From Phoronis australis (Eukaryota; Animalia; Phoronida): a stretch of 64,000 bases of DNA. The notes below the pieces were generated by a model. That model had not been told where the DNA came from and searched no databases. It saw only the letters and a list, made by a program, of their open reading frames with translations. The stretch lies in the NCBI GenBank assembly GCA_002633005.1, contig NMRA01000241.1, positions 56,006 through 120,005 on the forward strand, in the 5' to 3' direction. The position numbers were made by a program, and so were the translations under genes. Positions 26,151-39,123 of the stretch are shown here, in pieces. Position 1 is the first letter of the stretch. The number at the start of each line of letters is the position of its first letter.

Positions 26151-27269
26151 ACCTAGTTTTAGCTAGTCTCTGGATTTTCTTTTTTTGAAAAGGCAAGCAA
26201 CTAAAAAATTCCACATCACCAACTTGGTTTTCAAACAAAGCAGGCCAGAACCAACTATTCTTATTTTGACCTAACAAGGTGAATTTTTGCTTCTCTCAGT
26301 CCCAAGATTGTGTGTTCAGAACTTTCTGTTATCTGCAACCCAATAGGATGTCAAGTCAAAATGAGAGATTGCAGACTATTTTAAGTGGCTGTCGAAAGAA
26401 AATAAGGCAAACTGTTAATGTGTGCTTTTGTAAATAAGTATTGAATTGGCACTGCTATTTAACTATGTGCATGGTTTAGGCATATGTCAAAATCTCACCC
26501 ATTTCAGACAAAAATAACTACTATACAATTACTAAATAATTGCTATATAATTACTAAATATCTTCTGTATAATTACTAAATATGTACTGTATAATTACTG
26601 TACAATTACTCTTTTCACATTTTTCAAGGACTTCTACCATGGTCATACCCACAATTTGTCAAATGATTGTCTTCATGGTAGCTGCGCTACAAAACTTGAT
26701 CATGGAAAACCATTTTTTGGTGCTACACATGTTTCATGGTAAGAATGAGAAAACAGAATCTGCTTTGTCCGCCATAAAATGTCCTAAATTGGTGAAATTT
26801 TACCATTATCACGCAGTCTGTTTTGTCCTCTAGGTTGAGACCTCAACACTTCACCTGTGTACTGGTTGCCATCGTGTGGTACCTGAGATAACCAGTTAAA
26901 AAAACATCATTCCGGTTGTTCTATTTAAGTAATTATCAATGCTATTCACCAGAATTCCATGCCTATAGTTGATGAAAAATTAAAAATATCGACAGCTTAG
27001 TTTTTACGAAACGATTGGGGGTAGAACAGAAAATTCGTTGATGGTTCGTTTGATTATCTATCCTATAAATTTTTGGAATTCCTAGGGTAATCTATTTGTA
27101 CCTATACACAAAACGTAACGAGAGTGGCATACATGAAGTAATACCCCACAAGACATTATAATGTCGAGTGGGATATCACTTCATGTACGCCAATCGAGGT
27201 ATGTTTGGTATTTATCCCATGCGCTTCGAATTCTTAGGTTTCTTTCATTTTTCCGCAGATTTTTAAATA

Positions 27270-28748
27270 CCGTATTTGCCGTAATAACTGCCCAGGGCGT
27301 TTAGAAAAGTTCGTTTCAGGGGGGGCATATTATAACCCAAGCCCGTTGAAACCCGGTCTTCAAATCGGGTGAAATCGTAAGCTAAGATTCATCATATTTA
27401 CGCTCTGTGACGTATCTGTAACCTATGAAAGACTTTCTACAAAACCGTGGTGCATTGCTATCAAACATTGCTGCTAAAGTATGATCATTTTACACAAAAT
27501 TGTGCTGAAATCCCAGGGCGAAAACTCGCCGACTGCCTGCCTCGCAATCATCGATATGGCGACTTGAATGCTTGAATAGAAATACAGTTTCGAGTCGAGA
27601 AAATTACCTGAAATCCTTAAGTTTTTCAAGTAGCATCCCTAAGATTTTTAAGTTCCCGTGGAGTCCGGATCACGGCAGGTTAAGTACAAATCTGTGTTAC
27701 ATTATGCCATCTACATGTATGATCGCCAACATGAGAAAAATGTCTGGACGAACACATATGTTGTTGTCACGTGACGTTTGTTTTGAAGTTGTCTGCGTTT
27801 GTGAGTAAGCGAGCGCATGCGTGTCACCAGAGTTCATTTGCCAGAGCAGATACCGTCTTTTGGCCAGAGCCACTCAATCTAACAAGCCAGATGTGCATTG
27901 TCTCCTGTGCTAAAAATGTTTGACATTTGTTTCGGTAAAGCCATATTAGTCGCCATGTGGCTGAATGCGTACGATTAGTCGCCGTGTCGCTGGATGCGTA
28001 CGTGACTATCTGACAGTTATTTTTCGGTGTAAGGTTGTGTAAGCATTCACTGTCAGTGGTCATTTTATCGGATATTTGGCTTAAAAACACCAAGTATGAT
28101 CATGGTAATCAAACAATTCATCTTAAAAATAATGCAAACATTTCTTATAGTATTAGAAACTGTCGGAAATTAGTGCCAATATTCATTTCATGCCGATGCT
28201 GTGCTACCTGTTTCATGAATGGATAGTTCCCGACTAACGTCTTTGATGACAGGTTCATGTATGTAGCGCGCGCTTCCTGGCCACGTGCTTTTAACACTGG
28301 CCAAGCTTTTTATTAGTCTTTGATTCGCGGTTTTCATGTGTAGGCCTACAAAGAAATTTGGATTCCTGTTGAAAGCGGGAAATATCTACACAGCAATCCT
28401 GTAGACAAGTACACTACATCTGTTCCGAAAGGCCAGACCATTGGTCCTCGCAATATCAGCAGAACTTTTGTGTTCGTTTTGAGGTATGGCGGAAGTTTGA
28501 AGTGTATATTCACGGCTAAATACCGACGTAGCGGCGAGGCTCGCGGTCTACAAACTCTGCGCACAATGATTTTTTTCAGGACTGTCGGATATTATTGATA
28601 AATTGAAGAAGTTACTGTAGAATTTTAGGACTGTAGTTAAGGCATTTTTCGCATGTACACGTTCATGGACTGGGCGCTTATTCTAGCAAAGTCTGAAAAC
28701 GCATGGGGACGCTTATAGGGGCATGGGCGGTTATTATGGCGAATATGG
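27270..28748 (+). mobile_element. Non-autonomous pogo/Tc1-mariner-type element, copy A
   Basis: TA|CCGTATTTGCCGTAATAAC ... GTTATTATGGCGAATATGG|TA; colinear with 60082-61421. Confidence 0.88.
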
Positions 28749-29994
28749 TACTTCACTTAGCCTGTTCACCTGGCGGATCACATCTTATATGTATGTACTT
28801 CCGCATTACGTTGCAAGTTTTCTCTAGTAAAAGAATGTTTTAAATGCGACAATTTATTACTTGAAAAGAGATAACGAAGATGAAAACAACGCTAACTTTG
28901 CACTGAACTTTCAACATCTGAAAATAGTTAAATAACAATATTTGATACTGTAGTTACCAACAGAGGAATCGGCGCCTGAGTTGCAGAGGATATAATATTT
29001 AACAAATTGAAAACTGAGACACTGAGCTAGAGCTGTCATATAATTAACAGTCCTGTTCCAGATGTTACGATTGAGACCTGGTTGTATGTTGGGTGTTATT
29101 TACACTGCTATAGTTGTATTACTTAAACTATTTTCCAAAAGTTTGATGATATAACCGGTTAACGATGTAGAGTCGACATTGCACTACCTTTTGAACTTTC
29201 CATGTCAGAGGTCACTGTTGAAGTAGTGCGGGAGGTGAATACGGAAAACGTTACTACATGGCTGTATTTCCCTTGACAGATTCAACGCGTATGGAATAAA
29301 AATCCTTATGTACCACCATTCGGTGATTTTGATATCAAAATTACAGCAACTTTTGAATTTTACAAGCTGGCAGTGACTTTTTCCTTACACAAATTTGTAA
29401 TAGGCGTGTGTGGGGGGAAGAGAAGTTATTGTTGCTATTGATTCAAACTCAAATAAGTTCTCCTTAGTGCAAATATACTGAAACCAATTTCTGTTTGCCT
29501 GACAGAAAATATGGTTGCATACTCATTATTAGACAGAGTCACAACCACCGACTCTCTCACGTCTATTTTATTGAGCATATGTGTTTTTTATGCAATGAAA
29601 CATTGAGGTGCAGTCACTGCAATATTGAAGATGAATCAAATTTGGGATGCTGGCAAAAGCAAAGCCTGTGGCTGAAACTTTTCAAAATGGATAAAAGATT
29701 ACAGATGTCAGGGCCATTGATGTCACAAATATGGAGCCGAATGCCGACTCCATTCTCGTTGAAAAATCAAAAGAACTTCCCATCCCATGTTAAAAAAATA
29801 CAGTCTGGTTTAGAATAACTTGACTCCTACACTCCTAATCGAATTGGCAGTGACTTGCATTTGGACATTTTCTCCTGAACTGAAAACGTCCCCTTCTTAG
29901 AAGGCAAAGACACCTTTCCTTCAGTAGTGTGAGCCCTAAGCATGTCTGGTGCACCTCAGAAGGCACCAGGCCACCTGTCTATTGTTTTCTCAAG

Positions 29995-30352
29995 CAGGGC
30001 TCAACACTAACGGTTGCCCGATTGCCCGTGTACATGTAGATTTTGCGTCGGGCAAGTGGAATTTGAAAAGTACTTGCCCGATGGGCAAGTTAAAAGGCTA
30101 GCCGCATAGGCAAGTAGATCCTAAGATTGTCTGCTCGACATTTGCTCCAAAGTAACGAACCCCGACACAAGCCTAAAAACCGTCGAAAAAGCCCGTGGCC
30201 ATCAAAGATCGAAACTTTCGTCTTCGAATGAGCACCGAAAGGAAAATAGAACGAGTGTGTTGTACTAATGGGGCAAGTGAATTCGTTGTTCGGGCAAGTA
30301 AAAATTTCAACTACTTGCCCGAAGTGGCTTAAAAAGTTAATGTTGAGCCCTG
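29995..30352. mobile_element. hAT-like MITE with a 5-bp TSD (hAT5-type)
   Basis: tcaag|CAGGGCTCAACACTAAC ... GTTAATGTTGAGCCCTG|tcaag; subterminal TTGCCC/GGGCAA repeats. Confidence 0.88.
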
Positions 30353-31099
30353 TCAAGTGAGAGATGTTTCAACCAATTTGACTAAAACTTTAGAAAGTCT
30401 AGCTGGAGCCTTTGCCCTGTAAAATTGATGTCCGGCAAATTGCTCTGTTATGTTTGACATACATATCTCTTCAAGGACAAGGATAAAGTGCTACCATTTT
30501 ATACTGTCTCATAGGTCCTCAAAATATTAATGGCATAGTCATGTTTTTACTTAGACTATTATGATATTTTGGTTGTTATTTTTGATCTATAGTTAATAAT
30601 ATAATTCAATATCCATTTCCCCATAGAGAACAGTGGGGACAGCACAGTATCATTGCATAATTGACTTCCTAAGCCAACAATGCAATGATTTTATAGTTTC
30701 GATTTATTTTATATCATCTGTCTTGTTTGCACTGCATCATTAATGAGTGTGGACTGTATATAGTTAAGTTGGTGTGGCGTGCTTAACTAGGATCAATATA
30801 TAATTGATGAATGCTTGACTGATGAGTCTTATTAAAAAGCGCACATGCATTCACCGTTTTAGGTCGTTTAACTGAAAATTTTCCTGATTTTATACAGCAA
30901 GTGTGACAGTAAAATAGATTGTCCTATGGTCACCTAGCAACTGATGATTTGTGTATACCTGAAATCTCTTTGATTGCTGGTTGATTACCTGTGAGTTGTT
31001 TATTGTTACGGTATTACCAACTGTGGAAGTAGTTAGATCAATCTTCAATGTCTGTATTAATCTCTGTAGTACTAGGCTTTAAATGTCTGGAAATTTAGA

Positions 31100-31545
31100 T
31101 AAAGAGTTAGCAATTAAAACGTGATATGACAAGTTACACCAGTTGTTGTTCCACAAAGATTTCACCATGAGGCCCTTTCGTACTAACTTAACTCCGGTAT
31201 GAGCAGAGCGTCGATGTTAATTGAACCGTTCAGTACCAGCTTTGGTTGTTAACGGCATTGAAGTAAATGGTAGGTGACGCTGTCATCGTCGAAGTAATCA
31301 CAAGGTATCGCTGATGCATCCTGTATGCGCTAAGAATTTTATTAATGTGATTTTTATTAATGTCAATTTGATAACATATACGTGTGTTAATTGCCATAAA
31401 ACTTAATATTTCTAATTCAAATGTTGATTACCCCCAACTTTTGCCATTTTTTTGGTTTAAGCACCCACTGCATGGGTTATCGCCCATCCCCTGTCTCAGA
31501 GTTTCCCAATTTAAGCGCCCAAGGCGTTAACCTGCCAGTTTATGG
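31100..31545. mobile_element. Right-end fragment of a CCGTA-type (pogo-like) element
   Basis: caatttaagcgcccaaggcgttaacc...tttatgg|ta resembles 63770-63809; left boundary uncertain. Confidence 0.5.
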
Positions 31546-34162
31546 TATATGTATATGTATATTTATATGCATGAAGATGAAGTCCCCTTTATGTGACTTG
31601 CACTCATTCTCACGTATGCTGAACACTGAGGTGAAAATGCACCTATTTGCCTGGAAACATCCTGCGGTCTTGCTTTTAGGTGGCAGGAGGCTGCTGTTTG
31701 TGAACAATTTTACACAAACTGGTTAGCTTGAATGAAGTGCTAAAACAGAGAGGGAGAGAACGATGTCATTACTTCTTGTGGCATCATTACAGCTGTTATT
31801 GACTTTTGCTTATACGTCATCGAACAACCATATCAAACTAAAGTAATCAATAAAAGTAAATGATTTAATGTAATTATTATATTTTCTGCCTATATATATC
31901 GTACAACTGTATATCATACTGATTCATTGAATGATTGATGGCAGTAGTGTCGTAAAAACCTTTACAATATTTCTGTGAGCCATGAGCTAAGCTTGATGAG
32001 GATATGGTAACTGATACACAGTTAGCCTTGCCTTGCCCACTGTATACTATGAAACTGAAGTGGTGGTGTCACCTTGCTGGTGATGTCAGTCTGTGACACC
32101 AGTCTCAAGCAGATACTGCAAGTCAATGTGCTTTCGCTGTTCAAAAAGTTGACTTTGAATGTTCTATTAGTGTGGATATTGCTGGTGTTTTGTACCACTG
32201 TGCTCTCTGCCAAGATTTGAAAAGAAAGTTAATTGTAAGCAAATTAGCTCAAATAAATATTATTTTTCTGAATCATGTCTTTCATTTAAGGATGTTTAGT
32301 CTGGTGATGGACATTACTAGAAACAAATTGCTGGTTTAGTCAAGTTGTTCATTTCTTAGTCGTCAGTAAGACCAAGAATGATTTCCAGTGGTTAGTCCTT
32401 TACATCTGTGTTAGTTTCATAAAACTACAATCCACAAGTGTTGGATTTAGGTGTTTTGCAACAACTTGCACTTTCTAGTATTGGCATTAGAATAAGGACA
32501 GGAGACAGTAACAGAAAAGCTCTGGTTAAAATATCAGTATCAATAAACAAGAATCCAAATCCCTACCTGTTGATAAATAGCTAGCTTAGGTTGCGGTTGT
32601 CTCGAGACACCTGTGCAATGATTATCCTTGAAAATTAACTTGCCACAATCATTGCTTCAAACGATGGCCCAGTTTCCCATTTCGTTGGTGTTGTCTACAT
32701 TTAAATCCCCAGGTTTTCCAGGCGGTTAGATTGACGTCTGCCCAGTTGTTACATATTTCCCGGCTCAGGTAACGTTATCTGTTATTCAGGTTACAGTATT
32801 TGTTATCAGTTTAATGTCTGTATCGTTTTCCATGAAGTGCATCAATGCAAATTACATGCTATGTTGATTTTTCGGAAAAATAACACAAAGTAACTACTAC
32901 CTCTGTTCTAATGGCAGTGGAAAATCAATGCAAACCTTTTGTAATAGAAACGTTCTTCACTTTTTAGTTGTATGTGGGATGGAAAGATGTGAGCTTTAAA
33001 GACATTTGCTTTCAATTATAAAAACGCAAATTGGTTGTCGTATTGTAAAACTACATTTGTATAGAAGACAATGTGGTAAATGGAAATTTTGATTTTGTCG
33101 AATTATTCAACGTTTTCAATTGAATCCAAAGAAAACTTCATTTTACTGTGTAAGCATGGTTTGTTTTTTATCCAGTAAAACCTGACAAAATTCTAGGTAT
33201 TGTTAATAATTTACTTTGCCTTTGAAAAACAAAAGAATAAACAATTTTCCTTGTTTGAATTGAAGACACTTGACCTCTATGTAACAGATGGACACTTTAC
33301 TGACTAAATCTTGTTTTCACATCTTCTGAATCTTTATTTTGTTGGTAAATTTGACAGTTGAAAGTTTGCTTGTTGGTGGTATTGTGCGCTAAAAATGTGA
33401 AGCCTTGTCATATCCACAAGCCTGTCAATCTCACGACCTGTGGTGTTAAAATTCTTGTCTTAATTAAGGCATTCAGTTAAATTTCTTATATTGCTTTACA
33501 TCTTTTCTCTATGTCTAATGCACTGGTATTTAGTAGGTGAAATGTTAAATGAGTATCATTTTGAATAAATCATCCAGCAAAATATTTTACTCCATTGTTG
33601 TGAGTGTCAGATTGTTTTCATGTGAATCTGTTATTTATTTGGATTATACATCTGATACAAGACATTAATAGGTAACCACATGACAGCTGTTATAGAAGGG
33701 AGTGACCTTTCAGTCAAAGTACATTACAGGCATGTTATTCAGTTGTCAAGTAGGACAGGCTCCAGCTTTTGACCTGAGCAAGCTCATTGGTCATAGTGCC
33801 AGGAGATGGCCTCCTGGATGATGTGCCAGGAGATGGCCCTATGGGTGATGTGCAAGGAAGTAATGCCAGGAGATGACTCCTGATCAGTGTGATTGGCCAT
33901 AACATGCTTTGCACTTTAACAGAAGATGGCCCCTTTGAGCAGTGTACACAGCCAACTGGGCAAAATTTGGATGCTTTGTACCGTAATCACCCAGGTCAGC
34001 GCCCATACTTGGCTTACTACCCAGCCTCAATTTATATGACTAAAACTTCCATAAGTGCATTTGTCTTAGTGAATGCCTTTCTTAGCATCAGAATTTTAGC
34101 TTTCTGAAAGTACACAGCTTGCTTACCTTAAGCGGCATTTACACAAGAGACAGCTGACCCAC

Positions 34163-35584
34163 CAGGGCTCGACGCTATGAAAATCGCCAGGTCGCATTTT
34201 GCGACCAAGCCAAAATCCTAGGTCGCATTTTCAAAATCCAGCTCGCATTCATAAATTCCAGGTCGCGAAAAGTTCCCGCCATTTTTACGGACCAAAATTG
34301 GCTTTAACGTCATCAGAAAATGCCTAGATTATGCTCTTGCGACGTTAAATACTAACAAATTTCATGTCGCAAAACTGAGTTCTTACAAGCATATCATGCA
34401 TGCACCGCGTTACCATTCTTCACTGGCGCCTTCCAGTGAAAGACCCTGGAGCGCAAGGCAGTTGCCGACGTGAAAGTTAAAACAGTGCTCTCTAACCAAC
34501 ACATGCATTCGATTAGCTAAGTGTGCGACGTGAAAAAGAAGAAAATACTTGTTGAAAAAGTATCCGCGACTTTTCTAGGACTGACTTGCTATATGACTGC
34601 CATCAAAGTCATTAAAGATCCAAAGATTGATAACTCTGAGTGCGAATTCCTTCCATTTGTTCGTAGGCCAAACTTTTTGACTTGACGTTTGAAAAAACAT
34701 CCTGTCGGAAGAAATTCGTGAAACGTTGCCCTACTCGCTGTGTGACATATTGATACGCGGAAACAATTCACTGCAAATTTCACAGCAAAAAATGTGGGAC
34801 TTATGCTGTTTACCGGTACGTAGTCAATTAGTTTTCCATGAAATAAAAAGCCTCGAAATGATTTCCGACGGTGCGGGTTTCTACTATTCTGCCGAAAGCG
34901 CGTAAAGGCATACCCGTTGTTTGGCGATTAATTCGGATGTCATGTTCACATTTGCTGTCTTTCGCAATAAAAAAACGAGACGCATTTTTCGAAGTCACGA
35001 CGATCGTCTGCCGGGACCGCTTTCCGGCGCTAACAGTGGAACCGATCAGTGCCGCAGTGCCATCAGGCATATTGCCGTTGGTGTTGCGGTTATTTGATAT
35101 TAAGGACACCATACATGAAAAATAAATGTTTTTCCACCACTAACCTTGGTAATTTCGTCGTTTAAGAATTAGTAGAAAAAACGTATTATCACGTATTATT
35201 CCGAGGTCAGAAACTTTCTCCAACACATCCGGAAATTTGCAAAAGGCCGAAAGTATTGGTCAGTAAAATGCGTCAGACCAATTCTGCATTCCCTTGTTCA
35301 TGCGACTGCGACATGTTTACAAGTCATCGGGACCGCTTTTCTCAATGAATGTTCCTTTGAACTTGATTTGGCAACAACCAAATAGCGGTCGGAATCACCC
35401 GAGTTGCTCAACATTTCCCAGGTACTTACTGTATCTAGTGCCGCGAAGTTTAAAAACTCAGCTCGCATATGTTGGAAATTCCAGGTCGCATTTTGCGACT
35501 TAATGCGAGCTGGCCAAAATCTCAGCTCGCATTTCCAAATTTCAGGTTGCAAATGCAACCTGCAGCTCGTTATGTCGAGCCCTG
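34163..35584. mobile_element. 1.4-kb non-autonomous hAT-like element with a 5-bp TSD (hAT5-type)
   Basis: cccac|CAGGGCTCGAC ... GTCGAGCCCTG|cccac; subterminal GGTCGCATTT repeats. Confidence 0.88.
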
Positions 35585-36579
35585 CCCACGCAGCTAACAC
35601 GGAACAGCTGCTCCAGAGCAAGTGTGTGAAAACACGATTAACATGGAGCGAGTGACAATGCAGCGGCCAGTTTTTGACCGCGGTTTGATAGGTTGAGTGC
35701 GTTACACTTGATCAGTTGCTCTAGTGTCAACTACTCGTCTAAACACAACTGGGGCAGGGCGAAAATGATCATTTTTGAATGCGCTTGTGCAGTAGTGTGT
35801 ATTCGAGGGGTCAGCTGGTATTCCATGTGACTCATGCTGATCCAGTGTGCAATTCGATTGGACTAAAGTGGAGCAAGTCATGCTGTGACCACTGACACAG
35901 TGACAACTGTCTTTTGTATAAAAGTAGCTATAGAGCAACAAGCACTCAGTTAAGTGATATCTCCGTATTTGGAAACCCACCTGCTCTTTTCTAAAGGAGA
36001 CACAAAATGATTCATTTGGCTTTTGCACATTCTCTATTAAATTTGTGTAAAAAAATGATAAAAGCATTTGCATTAGCAACCTATGGCCAGCTCATTATGC
36101 GTGTGATCCATTTGTTTTTAAGCACCCATGCTCAGGTTAATGTCCATCTCTTGATTTTGAGTTTCCTGAGTGTAAGTCTCCATGGCTAGTAACCTAGACA
36201 ACTAAGGCATGTAAATATATATAGATTGTCAGAACTTTAATGGGTAGCAGCATAAATTAATAGGTGAATTGAACTCTAAAACCTGAAGCATAAAAGTACA
36301 CTGTCATGCCCAGCAGATTTCAAATCTTTTAGATATGTCGGTCAATTAGGTCAGTGCTTGTAACTGAACTTCAAGTTTACTGGTCTGTACCAGTAATTGT
36401 GAGGGATGGGAAGGAAAATGTGTGTGCTTGTAGAACATGCTCCATGGAGTTAAAATGTCACAAAAAGCAAACGGTGGAATTGTGTATGATAATAATGAAA
36501 TTTTGAATAAAAAGCAAAGTATTACATGCACTAGATATTTTATATGTTATGCACAGACTGATTGTGTGGTAACATTCTT

Positions 36580-37190
36580 CCTTCCTGCTAGACTTGCTCC
36601 ATAGTCTGACTGTCACAGGGACTGCGGAGTAAGCTTTCTTGCATCCTAGACTTGTTGCACACAGTTGTCAGGGGGACACTATGCTACCTTCCTTCATCAT
36701 GGACTTACTCCACAGTCTGACTGTCAGAGGGGAGTACAGAGTAAGCTTGCTTTCATTCTGGACTTGTTACACACAGTTGTCAGGTGGACATTGTGCTACC
36801 TTCCTTCATCATGGTCTTACTCCATAATCTGTAAGAGGGGAGTACAGAGTAAGCTTGCTTTCATTCTGGACTTGTTACACACAGTTGTCAGGTGTACACT
36901 GTGCTACCTTCCTTCATTATGGACTTACTCCATATTCTGTCAGAGGGGAGTGCAGCTTGCTTTCATTCTGGACTTGTTACACACAGTTGTCTGGTGGACA
37001 CTGTGCTACCTTCCTTCATCATGGTCTTACTCCATAATCTGTCAGAGGGGAGTTCAGAGTAAGCTTGCTTTCATTCTGGACTTGTTACACACAGTTGTCA
37101 GGTGGACACTATGCTACCTTCCTTCACAATTGACTTGCTCCACAGTCTGACTGTCAGTGGGAACTACAGAGTAAACTTGCTTTCATCCTA
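36580..37190. repeat. Minisatellite, ~108-bp unit, about 5.5 copies
   Basis: cttgctttcat recurs at spacings of about 108, 102, 108 and 112 bp. Confidence 0.92.
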
Positions 37191-37725
37191 GAATTTTTTA
37201 TTTTTCAGTGGTAAGAATTACATATTGGATTCAAAATCATGCAATTTCATTTGTTGAATGAGACCACATGTGTTGCACTGCTATGTAGTTGCAACAGTCA
37301 CATAGTAAGAACATTCAATCTCAATGGAACAACAGCTGAAGAATAGAAGGCATACAGCAGTGTAATCTAGCACTAATGGAGAGCTTCACACCTGTATTGC
37401 AAATAAGATCATTACTCTGCTGACTTCTGTGCCAAAAGGAACCATGAGGATTTTGTCTTACCCAGGTGATAAAGGGTATGGCTCAGTGTTTAGTTTCCTT
37501 CTCCGCACGAGCACAACTTCTCATATTATATAGGTAAAGTGAGCCAAGTGTTAGGATTATTACCTTGGGTAGCCAATGGAAATTAATTATTGCATCAGTT
37601 GACAACAGCAAGTCTCTGGCTCTCTCATAATAACAGCTGTACTACATTTACACTGATGACTATGATCATAGTTTATAAGTGGTAGGCCTTAGTATTGTGA
37701 GACCACAAAAGAGATTTTTACTTAA

Positions 37726-39123
37726 GGTTAGCTCCAACCTTATTCACATAAATCATTTTTACAATATTTCACATGTGTCTAGTAAAATACCTCATCTTCA
37801 TTCTCGGGGAATTTCAAATACAAAATGTATACTGCGTAGCAAGAAAAAAATATAACAGAACCACTTTGGAACCGCACAAGCGCGCAGATATTTGTTTACT
37901 ACTTATCCGAGGTCAAGGGTTAAAGGGCTTTCAATCAAATCTGACCTCCCGCCAGGTACAGAAAGCTTCGCATATCCTCAGTCCTTTCATTCACAAAATC
38001 GCCATAACATTGAGTAAACGAGGTGTACTTATGGTAGAATGGTGCCGGGAAAACAAAGACAAAACGTAATTTTGATCCTAAGGGAGTTGCGCGTCTACAT
38101 GCACATACGACCGTTGGTTTTGAGAACGAATGCTACAGTCCCCTCAGGCCTCAGTGGTCATGAACACAGCAAATTGTGAAAAGAAATAAATCTTCACCCT
38201 AATCCTTCATTAAATTAATAAACTGACATTTCAGTGTTTCGATCTCATGCTAACGATATGGTTTAACCACCGATTCGATTTTTGTTATCCATTTCTTACT
38301 TGGTTTCGTATCAGTCTCCCAACACGTGACGTGTACAGGCTATGTGTATAACAATGAACTGCGACCTATTTATATAAAAGTAGGTCAAAGGTCGCAAACA
38401 ACAGTAAGAGTAAGCTGGGAACGGACCACGTTTTAATGATAATTAAGTTAATTACTCATTGCAAAATCAGTTGACATTGCGAGAGAATGTTGAAACAGTG
38501 AACATATTTAAGGCTTGTATGGGTTATGTGTACGGAACAAAAGTTTTCACCGAATGATTAGCCGAAGACTTTGAGATTTTCACTTGTCCCAGTTAAATTG
38601 TCTTTTTCTCGGCTTTGGCAAATCAACTTTATTTGAACTTAGGAACACGAGTTCTCGAAAACAGCTTGGTGGATTTCGCTGAAACTTTCCAAATTTCATT
38701 TTTAGTCATCAATCTTAAAAACGCTGTTAGGATTTTTGATATAAAGGCCAATTTTTGCGTAATGTAACAAAGACAAATACGACATCCGCTTTTTATAAAG
38801 ATACCTTACGTTTTGGGAGTTGATTTGTCATAGAAACCAAATGAAAAGACTAATCGAAAATTCCTAACAGTGTTTTTGAGGTAACTGGTGAAGTTTTCAT
38901 TTGAAAAAAAGTTTCATTAAAATCGAAGGAGGAGTTATTTTGTTGTGAATGTACCTTTCTTAAAAATAAATTTTTGACTTAAAAAAGGTTTTTACGTAAA
39001 AATAATAGTAGTTCATTTTTTGTGTTTGCTTGTCTTTTTTCTTTCAGAAAATATATACTTTTGCTTGTTGACAATGCTTAGTTTTTTATATACGAGTTAG
39101 AATAAATAAGGTTGGAGATAACC
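37726..39123. mobile_element. Non-autonomous Kolobok-type element
   Basis: TTAA|GGTTAGCTCCAACCTTATT ... AATAAGGTTGGAGATAACC|TTAA (RR...YY termini with TTAA TSD). Confidence 0.85.

Noticed and set aside
35643-35700. Alternative coding first exon for PKC (MERVTMQRPVFDRGLI)
   Set aside because: Weak donor in phase 1, incompatible with the phase-2 start of exon 2, and no PKC similarity
36665-37150. Longest ORF in the track (161 aa)
   Set aside because: Translation of the 108-bp minisatellite with no domain or splice support
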